Source of the DNA: an uncultured Candidatus Saccharibacteria bacterium
GTDB taxonomy: Bacteria; Patescibacteriota; Minisyncoccia; SW-4-49-11
Reading direction: 5' to 3'
Length of the DNA stretch: 64,000 nt
Assembly (NCBI GenBank): GCA_964585065.1
Contig: CAZPCB010000001.1
Coordinates: 162,866-226,865 of the forward strand
The position numbers and the translations under genes were made by a program. The notes under the pieces are model-generated. The model was given only the letters and a program-made list of their open reading frames with translations. It did not search any database and had not been told where the DNA came from. Shown piece after piece: positions 1-13,059 of the stretch; position 1 is the stretch's first letter; every line of letters begins with the position of its first letter.

Positions 1-65
1 CACAAGGACATTTTTGTTCTCGAACACAAGATTATCTAAAAGAAGATAATCCTGTGCTCCAGAAT

Positions 66-129
66 TGTTGTAAATTTAGGTAAAGCAACACTACATAACC
101 TTGAGTATCAATCAAAAGTTAAAAAGATG

Positions 130-133
<4 letters not shown>
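66..133 (-). promoter_or_regulatory. 23S precursor processing stem, 3' trailer half (pairs with 3120-3189)
   Basis: Plus 69-83 (gtaaatttaggtaaa) and 121-133 (aaaaagatgagtt) are exact reverse complements of 3175-3189 and 3120-3132. This is the classic RNase III-type stem enclosing the mature rRNA. Confidence 0.7.
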
Positions 134-3119
<2,986 letters not shown>

Positions 3120-3125
<6 letters not shown>

Positions 3126-3189
3126 TCTTTTTAAATTCTGATTTATACTTTTGGTGAAAGTAGTAAAATTGCATTTACCTAAATTTACT
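3120..3189 (-). promoter_or_regulatory. 23S precursor processing stem, 5' leader half
   Basis: Complementary to 69-83 and 121-133 (15 and 13 nt exact). Confidence 0.7.
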
Positions 3190-3311
3190 TGTGAATGAAC
3201 CCTCTTATAGAAACAGATGATAATATCTCAAAGGTTGAACTTTAAGAGGTCATCTCTGTCGCCATATTGCTCCGTAGGTGAGCTGAGTGTGAAGTTGCGA
3301 GTACGATATTT

Positions 3312-3340
3312 ATAATACACGAAATCTGAAGAGGTGTCAA
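3312..3340 (-). promoter_or_regulatory. Sigma70-type promoter for the 23S rRNA gene
   Basis: On minus strand: TTGACA (plus 3335-3340), 17-nt spacer, TATTAT (plus 3312-3317). It lies ~180 nt upstream of the mature 23S 5' end. Confidence 0.6.
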
Positions 3341-3450
3341 GGGTTTTAGGAGAGAGATTGTATATTTAGGATGAGGAGGGATTTTGATTACAGAATAAAG
3401 ACATAAAAGGCCAATATCCAGATAAAAAATTATATAGTATGTAGAATAAA

Positions 3451-3479
3451 AAGAAAAAACCCACCGACGAATCGGTGGG
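3451..3479 (-). terminator. Rho-independent terminator downstream of CDS 3500-4111
   Basis: Hairpin cccaccga-cgaa-tcggtggg (3460-3479) followed on the minus strand by a T-tract (rc of aagaaaaaa 3451-3459). Confidence 0.75.
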
Positions 3480-3499
3480 TTATAAAGGGACTGATTGAC

Positions 3500-4111
3500 T
3501 CAGCTGGTCTTGATGCCCTCAATGGCTTTGATCAGGATCTGGACTTGAGGCCAAATATTGACCTGAAACCATCTCATCCACTGATCAAAGTTCCTCAACA
3601 GCTTTTTTGACTCCGAGTCTAGAGTCGTCACCTGAGGTTGAGGAGCGGGCGGCAGGACCACCGGCGGGAGAGCGGGAGAAGATTGCTCTTGTCCTCGATT
3701 CCCACCAATGGTGATCATCTGGTCGATACCCAGGTCACCAGCAGAAATGGGAGAGTTGTCTCCGATACCGCTGGGCATGGGGTCGAACCCCATAACTCGA
3801 TATTGACCAGAGCGGACACCCTGTGAGGATACCACCCAGGTTGAGGAGAGAAAGTTCTCCTTGAAACCTGGAAGCTTCAAGGGCTGAGGGCGACCATCAT
3901 CCTGAATGAACAGGAAAATCTTGTTCGCGATGGGGCAAGTATTGCCCTGCTCCACACGAACCCGAATGGTGTTATCCACGACATTGTCGCTGATTGACAC
4001 CGACGGAATGCACTCCTGCTGACTCATCAACGAATCTTCTGCCAGAACAGGCATCCCGAGAAGAGATGTTCCGATCATGGTGGAAGCGAGAAGTGTCTTG
4101 AGAACGGACAT
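3500..4111 (-). CDS. Secreted hypothetical protein (signal peptide MSVLKTLLASTMIGTSLLGMPVLA). Coding sequence is ~50% GC versus ~30% in flanks.
   Basis: Long ORF. Start chosen at the internal Met that begins a signal-peptide-like segment (the ORF track allows 4177). Pro/Gln-rich linker. No recognisable domain. Confidence 0.55.
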   Translation of the reverse strand: MSVLKTLLASTMIGTSLLGMPVLAEDSLMSQQECIPSVSISDNVVDNTIRVRVEQGNTCPIANKIFLFIQDDGRPQPLKLPGFKENFLSSTWVVSSQGVRSGQYRVMGFDPMPSGIGDNSPISAGDLGIDQMITIGGNRGQEQSSPALPPVVLPPAPQPQVTTLDSESKKLLRNFDQWMRWFQVNIWPQVQILIKAIEGIKTS

Positions 4112-4194
4112 TGTGAAAGGTTCACATACGATATATATATACCATAAAATAGCAAAAATGTCAATAGTTATAGGCATTTATTCAAAACTGTTAT

Positions 4195-5937
4195 GTGACA
4201 CTCTATCCTATGATTTGTCTAAATATATGTTATACTGATACTAATTATATGATATATATTATGGTGCTCCAATTATTTAAAAAAATTCATCCTATTTGTT
4301 ATTTTGTCTTATTTGCTAGTATAATATTTCACTATAAAATTGGTATACAAAATATATGGCCTGGCAATGTCGACTGGTTATTACAAGCATCTGATTGGCC
4401 TCAGCATTATTTGGGTTGGGAATTTTTTAGGAGAACTCCTTGGCATTTTCCTCTTGGAGATTTTCAAAATGTATTATATCCGGCTAATACAAATATTGGA
4501 TTTACTGATAGTATTCCCCTTCTGGCTATATCATTAAAGATATTTACTGGTATATTACCGAATATTTTTCAATATATTGGATTATGGATATTTATTAATA
4601 TTGTATTGCAAGGGTATTTTGCTTATCTTATTTTTAAAAAATTACAGTTCTCAACTATCTCTGCAATTGTGGGAGGTTTATTGCTTCAATTTACTCCGGC
4701 TCTTATTGCTCGTGTCAATCACCCTGCTCTTACCGCGCATTGGCTTATTTTGTTTGTTATATACAATTATATTATTTTTAATAATACCAAAAAAGATATT
4801 TATTTGAATTTCGCTCCTATTATTTTAAGTAGTCTGATACATCCCTATTTAGCTATTATAGTTATTCCTCTTAGTATTGCAAATTTACTGAGATTCAAAT
4901 CTCTCAAGACACAAGTCATCGCAATACCTATCGCTATAATAACACCCATATTGCTATGGTATTGTATTGGATACTTTGTAGATTATTCTATTGGAGATTC
5001 TCAGAGTTTAGGATATTATTCAGCAAGTTTACAAACATTCTTTAATCCGCTATATGCTATTTGGGATCATCATTTAAGAGATGCTTCTTTGTGGCTTGAT
5101 CCAAGAAATCAAAGATATATGCTCCAATATGAAGGTTTTGCATATCTTGGAGTTGGTATATTAATAGGAGGATTTATTGCGATAGTATTTATATTAAAAA
5201 GATTAATCAGTAATTATAAAAAGATAATACCTTTTATTAAAAAGACTATTCTATCTGGTATTCATAATAGAACTATTATTTTTTGGTTAGGTATTATCGT
5301 CATCTCATTATATGCAATTCTATATCGAGATATTGTCACAATGTATTTAGAACCTTATGCCCGACTTCCATTTATTCGTATATTTTTAGATAAAGCTGGG
5401 GTTATTCGTGCTAATGGGCGATTTATCTGGCCATTAATGTATATTGTCATTATTGGAATTATATATTTGATTAATAAAATATTCTCGAAAAAAGCTTTGT
5501 ATATATTGATTATATTATTAGGTATTCAAATGATTGACTTATCTCCTCTATTAAAACTTCAGCTATTCAAAGAAAAGGAAATTGTATCGGTAAAATCAGA
5601 GTCAAGTATATTTTGGCAAAATACTATTAAAGAATATAAAGGCGTATATATGTATCCCGGTGGTCAAAGAAGCTATAAAAGTCTTGATGATTATATTATA
5701 TTTACATTCTGGGCTGCCCAGAATAATATTCCTATTAATGCAGGCTATTTATCCCGATATGATTTACCTATAGTGCAAAAGTTTAATGTAGAAATTGAAG
5801 AAAACATATTAAATAATAAACTTGATCCAAATATCTTGTATATTACAACAAAAGATCATAAAAATTTATTTCAAACTGCCAGTAAAAATACCAACAGGGT
5901 ATTATCTGAATCTGATGATTATTATATCATTAAATAA
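4195..5937 (+). CDS. Large polytopic integral membrane protein (>=12 predicted TM segments), possible GT-C-type glycosyltransferase
   Basis: 580-aa ORF, highly hydrophobic with W/Y-rich loops (WPQHYLGWEFFRRTPWHFPLG). No specific family recognised. Confidence 0.5.
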   Translation: MTLYPMICLNICYTDTNYMIYIMVLQLFKKIHPICYFVLFASIIFHYKIGIQNIWPGNVDWLLQASDWPQHYLGWEFFRRTPWHFPLGDFQNVLYPANTNIGFTDSIPLLAISLKIFTGILPNIFQYIGLWIFINIVLQGYFAYLIFKKLQFSTISAIVGGLLLQFTPALIARVNHPALTAHWLILFVIYNYIIFNNTKKDIYLNFAPIILSSLIHPYLAIIVIPLSIANLLRFKSLKTQVIAIPIAIITPILLWYCIGYFVDYSIGDSQSLGYYSASLQTFFNPLYAIWDHHLRDASLWLDPRNQRYMLQYEGFAYLGVGILIGGFIAIVFILKRLISNYKKIIPFIKKTILSGIHNRTIIFWLGIIVISLYAILYRDIVTMYLEPYARLPFIRIFLDKAGVIRANGRFIWPLMYIVIIGIIYLINKIFSKKALYILIILLGIQMIDLSPLLKLQLFKEKEIVSVKSESSIFWQNTIKEYKGVYMYPGGQRSYKSLDDYIIFTFWAAQNNIPINAGYLSRYDLPIVQKFNVEIEENILNNKLDPNILYITTKDHKNLFQTASKNTNRVLSESDDYYIIK

Positions 5938-5983
5938 TCTATTAAAATATGATATACTTAACATAGCAAAACTAATTATATAT

Positions 5984-6328
5984 ATGGGATTTATCATATC
6001 AATTATAGGAAATAGTATTGGACTCTATATTGCAAGTAATATAGTACCTGGTTTTGATATTACTGGTACTCCACCTTGGTATTATTTCCTTATTGTGGGA
6101 ATTATATTTACCATTATATTCTCTATTATATTACCTATTGTAAAAGCTATTACCTTTCCTATTATTATATTGACTCTTGGGCTATTTTCTTTTATGCTCA
6201 ATTTACTTGCTTTTTATGCTCTTGACTACTTGTTGGATGAGCTAAAATTTACTACTTTCTTGTCTATTGTATTGACCTCTTTGGTAATTAGTAGTATAAA
6301 TATGATATCTAATACCTTTTTACGATAA
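5984..6328 (+). CDS. Small 4-TM membrane protein, DUF360/YvlD-like (phage-holin-4_2 superfamily-like)
   Basis: MGFIISIIGNSIGLYIASNIVPGFDITG... Start moved to the internal Met to remove overlap with the upstream gene. Confidence 0.45.
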   Translation: MGFIISIIGNSIGLYIASNIVPGFDITGTPPWYYFLIVGIIFTIIFSIILPIVKAITFPIIILTLGLFSFMLNLLAFYALDYLLDELKFTTFLSIVLTSLVISSINMISNTFLR

Positions 6329-6332
6329 TATT

Positions 6333-6548
6333 ATGAACACTTATATTTCTATTGCTCTTATTGTTTTATCTGTACTTCTTGTAGCTTCTGTCTTATTACA
6401 ACAAATTGGAAATGGTTTGTCTTCTACCTTTGGAGGAGCTGGTGGTTCTTATCAGACGCGACGAGGTTTTGAGAAAATTCTGTTCCGAGCTACTATTGTA
6501 TTCGGTATACTTATTATGATTGGAAGTATTGCCTATATTCTCGTCTAA
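6333..6548 (+). CDS. secG: Preprotein translocase subunit SecG
   Basis: 71 aa. LLQQ..G.GLSSTFGGAGGS....RG..K.L...T..F SecG signature with two TM segments. Confidence 0.75.
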   Translation: MNTYISIALIVLSVLLVASVLLQQIGNGLSSTFGGAGGSYQTRRGFEKILFRATIVFGILIMIGSIAYILV

Positions 6549-6568
6549 TTAGAGATTTATATTTTTGT

Positions 6569-8314
6569 ATGGATATTATTAAAAAAATTCCCAAACCGAT
6601 TATACCGCGTAATTTTAAGAAAATTACCCTTCCTAAATCCCCTATCAAAATTCCACGGCCAAATATTGATATGCCCAAATTACCACCAAGCCTACAGAAA
6701 AATGTATTCTTGCTATTTATTATTAGTTTTATTGTTATTGTTGTAATTGGTAGCCTGATTTATCGAGGGCTTACCAAAGAAATTGCGACAACAGGAGGTA
6801 CTATTAAAGAAGGTATTATTGGACAACCTCAATATATTAATCCAGTATTATCATTCTCTAATGATGTCAATAAGCCTGATCGTGTTTTAGAATATCTGAT
6901 TTATCCAAGTTTATTCCGTCTTGATAAAAATGGAAGTTTATCTAATGAATTGGTTGAGAGCTATACTGTAGGAGATAATGGCAAAGAATATATATTCAAG
7001 ATAAAATCAGGTATTAACTGGGATGATAATACTCCTCTTACTATTGATGATATTATATTTACCCTGCAAACTATACAAAATCCAGCCTATAATAGTCCTC
7101 TTAATTCTGCTCTCAAGGGAGTTACTATTACGCGAGTTGATGATGCTACGCTTAAATTAAATCTTAATTCGAGCTACTCTCCATTTTTATCTAATCTTAC
7201 TTTTGGAATATTACCAAAACATATTTGGCAAAATCTTGAGCCAAGTGCTTTTCTCTTAGCTGAAGCTAATCTCAAACCTATTGGAGCTGGTAAATTTAAA
7301 TATAAATCTATTCAGAAGAATAAGGATGGGAATATTGTATCCCTTACTATTGAGAGAAATCCTAATTATTTTGGAGAAAAACCTAATATAGAGAATTTTA
7401 CTTTAGTATTCTATTCCAAAGAAGATGATATGGTTCAAGATTTTAAACAAAATAATCTTCAAGCTATTACTCAGCTCAAAGCCCCCCTATCTGACTCTTC
7501 TCGTTTTCAGCTAAATGCTATGAATATCCCTCAATCATTTGGTATTATCTTTAATATCAAAGATCCTCTCTTAGAGAATAAAGAAATTCGCCAAGCTATA
7601 TCCAATGCAGTTAATAGAGAACCTATTATTAATAATGTATTACAAAATCAGGCCACTCTTATCAATGGGCCATTAACTCCATTTAATCAATATTATGTAG
7701 CGACAGAAACAGCCTTTGATATAGAGAAAGCCAAGAAAACTCTCGATGATGCTAATTGGAAAGATATAGATGGAGATGGCGTGCGAGAAAAAGATAATAA
7801 AAAAGCTGAATTTACTATTCTAGTTGCTAATGGAAATAAAGTTGAAGAAGTGACCAATACACTACAGGCTCAGATTCGAGAAATTGGAATACAAATGAAT
7901 ATTGAATTAATATCATTTGCTGATTTATCTAGTAATCAAATTCGTAATCGATCCTATCAAGCTTTATTCCTCGGGCTAGGACTTAATATATATCCAGACC
8001 CGTATATTTATTGGCATTCTTCTCAAATAACCAATCCAGGACTTAATTTATCTCAATATACTAATATAAATAATGATGGATATTTGGAAACTGCTCGCAC
8101 CAATATTGATACCAATGTAATTGCCTCTAGCCTACAACAATTCCAGCAACAAATTGCAACTGATGTCCCTGCGATATTTGTATATTCACCAAAATATCTG
8201 TATTATACCAATCCTATTATCAAGAATATTACTGTCTCAATTGGGAATTCTTCAGTAGACCGCTATGCTTCTATATCTGAATGGTATGTCAAGACAAAGC
8301 GAGTACTCAAATAA
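6569..8314 (+). CDS. ABC transporter substrate-binding protein, family 5 (peptide/nickel type), membrane-anchored. No cognate permease or ATPase adjacent.
   Basis: 581 aa. N-terminal TM anchor, then an SBP_bac_5-like fold (KPNIENFTLVFYSKEDDMVQDF..., typical length and periodicity). Confidence 0.6.
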   Translation: MDIIKKIPKPIIPRNFKKITLPKSPIKIPRPNIDMPKLPPSLQKNVFLLFIISFIVIVVIGSLIYRGLTKEIATTGGTIKEGIIGQPQYINPVLSFSNDVNKPDRVLEYLIYPSLFRLDKNGSLSNELVESYTVGDNGKEYIFKIKSGINWDDNTPLTIDDIIFTLQTIQNPAYNSPLNSALKGVTITRVDDATLKLNLNSSYSPFLSNLTFGILPKHIWQNLEPSAFLLAEANLKPIGAGKFKYKSIQKNKDGNIVSLTIERNPNYFGEKPNIENFTLVFYSKEDDMVQDFKQNNLQAITQLKAPLSDSSRFQLNAMNIPQSFGIIFNIKDPLLENKEIRQAISNAVNREPIINNVLQNQATLINGPLTPFNQYYVATETAFDIEKAKKTLDDANWKDIDGDGVREKDNKKAEFTILVANGNKVEEVTNTLQAQIREIGIQMNIELISFADLSSNQIRNRSYQALFLGLGLNIYPDPYIYWHSSQITNPGLNLSQYTNINNDGYLETARTNIDTNVIASSLQQFQQQIATDVPAIFVYSPKYLYYTNPIIKNITVSIGNSSVDRYASISEWYVKTKRVLK

Positions 8315-8319
8315 GCTAT

Positions 8320-9012
8320 ATGGGCTATTTTATATTTGATAATGAGGAACAAAGTCTTATACAAGATGAAATTCATCATATCACCAATGTATTACGCCTC
8401 AAGCCCAATGAAATAATACAGGCTACTGATGGTAAGGGTACTCTTTATACTCTCAAAATAAGCTCTCTAAAGCCATTTCAAACAGAAATCATTGAATCCT
8501 TCTCATCTGAGAGGACAAAGCACTCTATTCGGGTAATTGTAAGTATTATCAAAATCCCCTTATTAGAATTGATTATACAAAAATTAACTGAGATAGGAGT
8601 TGATGAAATTATTATTACCAAAACAGATTATGCCCAAATTAACCTGAAGGATATTAAGCCTAAACAAAATCGTTGGAATACGATTATAAGTACTGCCTGC
8701 AAACAATCTGAGCAAGTATATTTCCCTACTCTTACTATACAAGAATTAAACCAAATTATGTATACACCAAATAGTCTCAATCTCATTGGGGATACTCAAT
8801 ATAATAAACCTATACCTATTCATAGTATTGATATTGAAAATCATTCTGATATCAATTTACTAATAGGTCCTGAGGGTGGATTTTCTCAAAAAGAATATGC
8901 TGAATTAGTATCTCAATATTCTTATATTGCAGTATCATTCAACCACAATATATTGCGAGCTGAGACAGCTGCTATTGTAGGGGCTGGTATACTCAAAAGT
9001 TTAAGCCTCTAA
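8320..9012 (+). CDS. rsmE: 16S rRNA (uracil1498-N3)-methyltransferase RsmE
   Basis: C-terminal LLIGPEGGFSQKE...NHNILRAETAAIVGAGIL motif. Start set at internal MGYFIFD to avoid overlap with the upstream gene. Confidence 0.75.
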   Translation: MGYFIFDNEEQSLIQDEIHHITNVLRLKPNEIIQATDGKGTLYTLKISSLKPFQTEIIESFSSERTKHSIRVIVSIIKIPLLELIIQKLTEIGVDEIIITKTDYAQINLKDIKPKQNRWNTIISTACKQSEQVYFPTLTIQELNQIMYTPNSLNLIGDTQYNKPIPIHSIDIENHSDINLLIGPEGGFSQKEYAELVSQYSYIAVSFNHNILRAETAAIVGAGILKSLSL

Positions 9013-10299
9013 TTCTGTTTCGGCAGTTTCTATCAAATCAACTTCTACCTTTCCAATTTCATAGGTATCCACATTTTTGAGTTTACGCTCAATTGCCCGA
9101 GCTCGGGTTGCTCCTGCATCAATTTGATTAGATGCTTCTTGTAATTTTTTCTGTGTTCTCTCTAATATTTCTCCAAATCGTCCAAATTCAGTTTTTACCT
9201 CAGATAAAGTTTGCCATATTTCACTCGATTGCTGTTCTATAGCAAGGGTTCTGAATCCCATTTGAAGACTATTAAGTATTGCGGTAATTGTAGTAGGTCC
9301 TGTAATCATAACTCGATATTCTCGCTGTATTGACTCTACTAATCCTGGGATTTTCAGTAATTGGGCATATAATCCTTCAATTGGAATAAACAAAATAGCA
9401 AAATCTGTAGTATAAGGAGGATCAATATATTTAGTTTGTATTTTCTTCCCTTCATCTTTGAGTCTCTTCTCAATAGCCTTATTAGCAGCATCAATAGCTG
9501 GTCTATCATTGGCATCTTCGGCCTCAATTAATCTCTGATAATCCTCTATAGGGAATTTGGCATCAATTGGTAGCCAAATATGATTGAGATTCTTATCTTT
9601 ACCAGGTAATTTGATAGCATATTCAACTACATCTTTTGAGTCTTTTTTAGTTGCAACATTAGCCTGATATTGCTCTTTGGTGAGAATTTGCTCTAAGAGA
9701 TTACCAAGTTGAACTTCACCCCAAGTTCCACGAGTTTTAACATTAGATAATACTTTTTTGAGATCCCCAACTCCCACAGCTAAATTTTGCATTTCCCCAA
9801 GCCCCTTATGTACTTGCTCTAATCGCTCACTTACTGATTGGAATGATTGAGCTAATCGCTTCTCGAGAGTAGATTGTAATTTTTCATCTACTGTCTCTCG
9901 CATTTTCTCAAGTTTTTGATTATTGTCTTTTTGTAATTCAGTTAATCTCTTCTCTACCGTTTCTCGAATACTATCTAATTTAGTTTCATTTTGTTTAGTG
10001 AGAGAAACCAATTGCTGAGAAAATATTTCTAATTGGCTTTTTTGCATAATAGATGACTCATGAATTCTTTTGAGTAAAGAATTCCCAAAGGTATTGAGAT
10101 TATTCCCAAGCTCTATTCTCCCCTCTTGGGCTAATTCACGAGAGTCTTTACGGGATAATTGTATATCATCCTTGAGGATTTTTTCTGTACGAGCTAGAAT
10201 ATTAGCAAAATCTCCTCCTACATTACTTTTACGAGTCAATAATATTACAATAATCACTATTTGTAATACAATAATAATACCTGCTTCAATATATACCAT
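9001..10299 (-). CDS. rmuC: DNA recombination protein RmuC
   Basis: N-terminal TM, long coiled coil, C-terminal RmuC core (DFAILFIPIEGLYAQLL...VMITGPTTITAILNSLQMGFRTLAIEQ). Confidence 0.8.
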   Translation of the reverse strand: MVYIEAGIIIVLQIVIIVILLTRKSNVGGDFANILARTEKILKDDIQLSRKDSRELAQEGRIELGNNLNTFGNSLLKRIHESSIMQKSQLEIFSQQLVSLTKQNETKLDSIRETVEKRLTELQKDNNQKLEKMRETVDEKLQSTLEKRLAQSFQSVSERLEQVHKGLGEMQNLAVGVGDLKKVLSNVKTRGTWGEVQLGNLLEQILTKEQYQANVATKKDSKDVVEYAIKLPGKDKNLNHIWLPIDAKFPIEDYQRLIEAEDANDRPAIDAANKAIEKRLKDEGKKIQTKYIDPPYTTDFAILFIPIEGLYAQLLKIPGLVESIQREYRVMITGPTTITAILNSLQMGFRTLAIEQQSSEIWQTLSEVKTEFGRFGEILERTQKKLQEASNQIDAGATRARAIERKLKNVDTYEIGKVEVDLIETAETELEA

Positions 10300-10300
10300 A

Positions 10301-11323
10301 TTAGTCTTCTAATTCTTTAATAAAAATTGACAAGACAGATACTACGGGCACTGCAATAAGAGCCCCAAGAGCTCCTGCTAGAGAGGTTCCAAGTAAAATT
10401 ACAATCATCACAATAAGAGGATGAATTCCTGTCACTTTTCTCATAATAAGTGGTGTCATAAAATTTCCATCTATTTGCTGAATTACCAAATAAAATAATC
10501 CTACAATAACTGCAAATTGAAAGCCATTAGCTAGAGCTAATATAATGGCAGGTACTGATGATAAAATTGGACCTATAATAGGAATAAGATTGAATACTGC
10601 AGCAATTACTGCTAATAATAATGGGAATGGCACTCCTAATAATAATAGGACTGGATAGGTGACACTGGCTAATATAAGAGAAATTAGACATTGTCCTAAT
10701 AACCAAGATCCAACCTTTGTACGAGCTAATTCAATATTAGTAACAACTTTTTTATGTTGTTTTTTGGGGAATAAAAATTGTATGAGCTCATTCAAATTCT
10801 GTGGTCGAATTGCCATATAAAAAGTTGTAATAGCAAAAAATCCAATATATAAAAAGGTATTAAGAATATTCTTGGTAGTAAAGAATACTCCAGTCACAAT
10901 ATTCCAAGTAATTTCTCCTATATTGGCAGTACCCCCCGTATTAAAAAATTGAGTAATATTAAAATCACTAATATTCAAAACACTCCCAATAGTCGTATTT
11001 AATTGATCAAATAATTCAGGAGATTTATCAACAAGACCTCTTAATTCACTACTAATAGTTGGGATAATAAGCTCTATTAAAAGTGCTATAATAGCTGCTA
11101 ATACTGATATCACAAAAATTACACCCAACGTATAAGGAATACGTAATACTTCATTCAATTTTCTTGCCCCTAATATAATACCTGATGAGATAATAAAAGC
11201 TAAAAAAGTAAGTACAATAACATTCCTCAGCATAAATACCAGCCATAATCCTCCAAGAACCAATAGGACTTGGAAAAGAGAATACAGATTAATATTTACA
11301 CTATAATTATTATTTGATTTCAT
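10301..11323 (-). CDS. AI-2E family transporter (PerM/YdiK-like permease)
   Basis: 340 aa, 8 TM. Architecture and Gly/Pro-rich C-terminal helices typical of the AI-2E family. Confidence 0.6.
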   Translation of the reverse strand: MKSNNNYSVNINLYSLFQVLLVLGGLWLVFMLRNVIVLTFLAFIISSGIILGARKLNEVLRIPYTLGVIFVISVLAAIIALLIELIIPTISSELRGLVDKSPELFDQLNTTIGSVLNISDFNITQFFNTGGTANIGEITWNIVTGVFFTTKNILNTFLYIGFFAITTFYMAIRPQNLNELIQFLFPKKQHKKVVTNIELARTKVGSWLLGQCLISLILASVTYPVLLLLGVPFPLLLAVIAAVFNLIPIIGPILSSVPAIILALANGFQFAVIVGLFYLVIQQIDGNFMTPLIMRKVTGIHPLIVMIVILLGTSLAGALGALIAVPVVSVLSIFIKELED

Positions 11324-11338
11324 ATATTCTAGTATACC

Positions 11339-12235
11339 TTATTTTTGACAAAATTGACAGAATACCGTTGTCCGAGTATTAATAATAGTCTTTTGTAATA
11401 TATTGCCACATATCTGACAGGGCTTACCAGATTTACCATATACTTTATGCTCTCGTGCATATGTACCACGAGAACCATCTGCCATAATATAATTAGCTAC
11501 CGAAGAACCTCCCATTGAGACCGCAACTGGGATAACATCTTGTATGGCATCATACAGTTTTTTTACTTCTTTTTTGCTTAAATTTGAAGCAAGGCGACTT
11601 GGTAATATACCAGCTCGAAAACATACTTCATCAGCATATATATTCCCAAGTCCTGTCACAATAGATTGCCCCAGTAATATTGATTTAAGCTTAGATTTGC
11701 GAGTATGAATATGCTGATAGAAATATTCAAAGGTAAATGCCTCATCTAATGGATCTATTCCTATCTCATCAAAATGCCCTGATTTATGTATACTCTGCTC
11801 ATCTGGATATAATAATATATACCCAAACATTCTAATATCATTATAGTATAAAATCCCCTTATTTAACTCGAATATAATATGACTATGTTGATTGGGAAGT
11901 TTTGTCTCTGAGAGTTCAATGGGGTGCCCCCCTAGAGCTTTATTCTCTCCTTTTTCTTGATATACTAATTGACCTGTCATCTTTAAGTGTACCAATAATA
12001 CTTGCCCACTATCAAGATGTATGAGCAAATTCTTGGCGATACGAGTAATATTTATAATTGTCTTTCCCTTTAATTCTTTTTCAAATTCTTCTTTTTTGTG
12101 AGGAAGTGACTGTCTGACTGTACCTGAACTACTCACTAATTTAGGCTTATGTACCGTTGCTGACTCAATAGTTTGCCCTATTATATATGGCTTCAAGCTC
12201 ACTCTTAAACTTTCTACTTCGGGAAGCTCGGGCAT
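11339..12235 (-). CDS. mutM: Formamidopyrimidine-DNA glycosylase (Fpg/MutM)
   Basis: N-terminal MPELPEVE, H2TH region, C-terminal zinc finger CQICG...CQFCQK. Confidence 0.85.
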   Translation of the reverse strand: MPELPEVESLRVSLKPYIIGQTIESATVHKPKLVSSSGTVRQSLPHKKEEFEKELKGKTIINITRIAKNLLIHLDSGQVLLVHLKMTGQLVYQEKGENKALGGHPIELSETKLPNQHSHIIFELNKGILYYNDIRMFGYILLYPDEQSIHKSGHFDEIGIDPLDEAFTFEYFYQHIHTRKSKLKSILLGQSIVTGLGNIYADEVCFRAGILPSRLASNLSKKEVKKLYDAIQDVIPVAVSMGGSSVANYIMADGSRGTYAREHKVYGKSGKPCQICGNILQKTIINTRTTVFCQFCQK

Positions 12236-12241
12236 AAAAAA

Positions 12242-12964
12242 TTATTTCTTTTTATACTCTAGGGTTTTACGTAAATCATCAACAAAAGTAGTGCTGATAT
12301 CTAGGCTATCATATAAAGTTGAATAGGCTTTTTCATTGGGTACTAATAAATGTTTTAATTTACGCTGACTTTGTAAATACTGAACTAGAGTATAAAAATC
12401 TCCATCTCCACTCACAATAACCGCTTGATCATATTGATTAATTTGAGTAAGCGCATATAATACCATCTCGACATCTACATTGCCCTTTATCTCACCTTGT
12501 TTATTGGCAATAGTTGGTTTGAATACGAGATGATATCCAAAATCTTGTAAAGCTGAATATAATTGCTGATTAGTATTCACCATACCAATAAACATATAGG
12601 CCTTTTTTACCCCAAATTCTTTATCAAGATAATTACGAAATTCTTTATAGTCAAGACTCCAGCCTTGATTTTGAATTGATTTATTCAAATTCTGCCCATC
12701 AATAAAAGCAAAGTTTGGTCTTTTTTGAAAAGTCCTGGGTTGAGTTGATGCCTTTTGTGGCTTTAATCCCTTTTGCTGCTCTATTTTAGGCTTAGGGGCA
12801 TGATAAGAATGTGTCGGCTTTGTCTCTACCTTAGGAGGGGCTGATACTGTTTGCTCTTGTGTTGATATAGCAGGTTTTGAATCAGGGATATCATTCACTA
12901 ATTCATCAGCACTACTAAAGAACCCTCTTTTATGTTTGAAGGTTGGCTTATATTTTTTTGTCAT
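12242..12964 (-). CDS. NYN (LabA-like) domain protein with low-complexity Lys/Pro-rich N-terminus
   Basis: FAFIDGQNL ... VIVSGDGDFYTLVQYL NYN/LabA hallmarks. Confidence 0.65.
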   Translation of the reverse strand: MTKKYKPTFKHKRGFFSSADELVNDIPDSKPAISTQEQTVSAPPKVETKPTHSYHAPKPKIEQQKGLKPQKASTQPRTFQKRPNFAFIDGQNLNKSIQNQGWSLDYKEFRNYLDKEFGVKKAYMFIGMVNTNQQLYSALQDFGYHLVFKPTIANKQGEIKGNVDVEMVLYALTQINQYDQAVIVSGDGDFYTLVQYLQSQRKLKHLLVPNEKAYSTLYDSLDISTTFVDDLRKTLEYKKK

Positions 12965-13059
12965 AATATAATATTAAAATAATAACAATTTTGAGTAAGT
13001 ATATAATAAAAATATATCAAATAACCAATAATATACTCTACTCCGTACTTGAGTATAGC

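Noticed and set aside
1-129. Possible 5S rRNA downstream of 23S
   Set aside because: The reverse complement shows no 5S hallmarks (no CCGAACTCAGAAGTGAAAC-like segment). Part of it forms the 23S processing stem instead.
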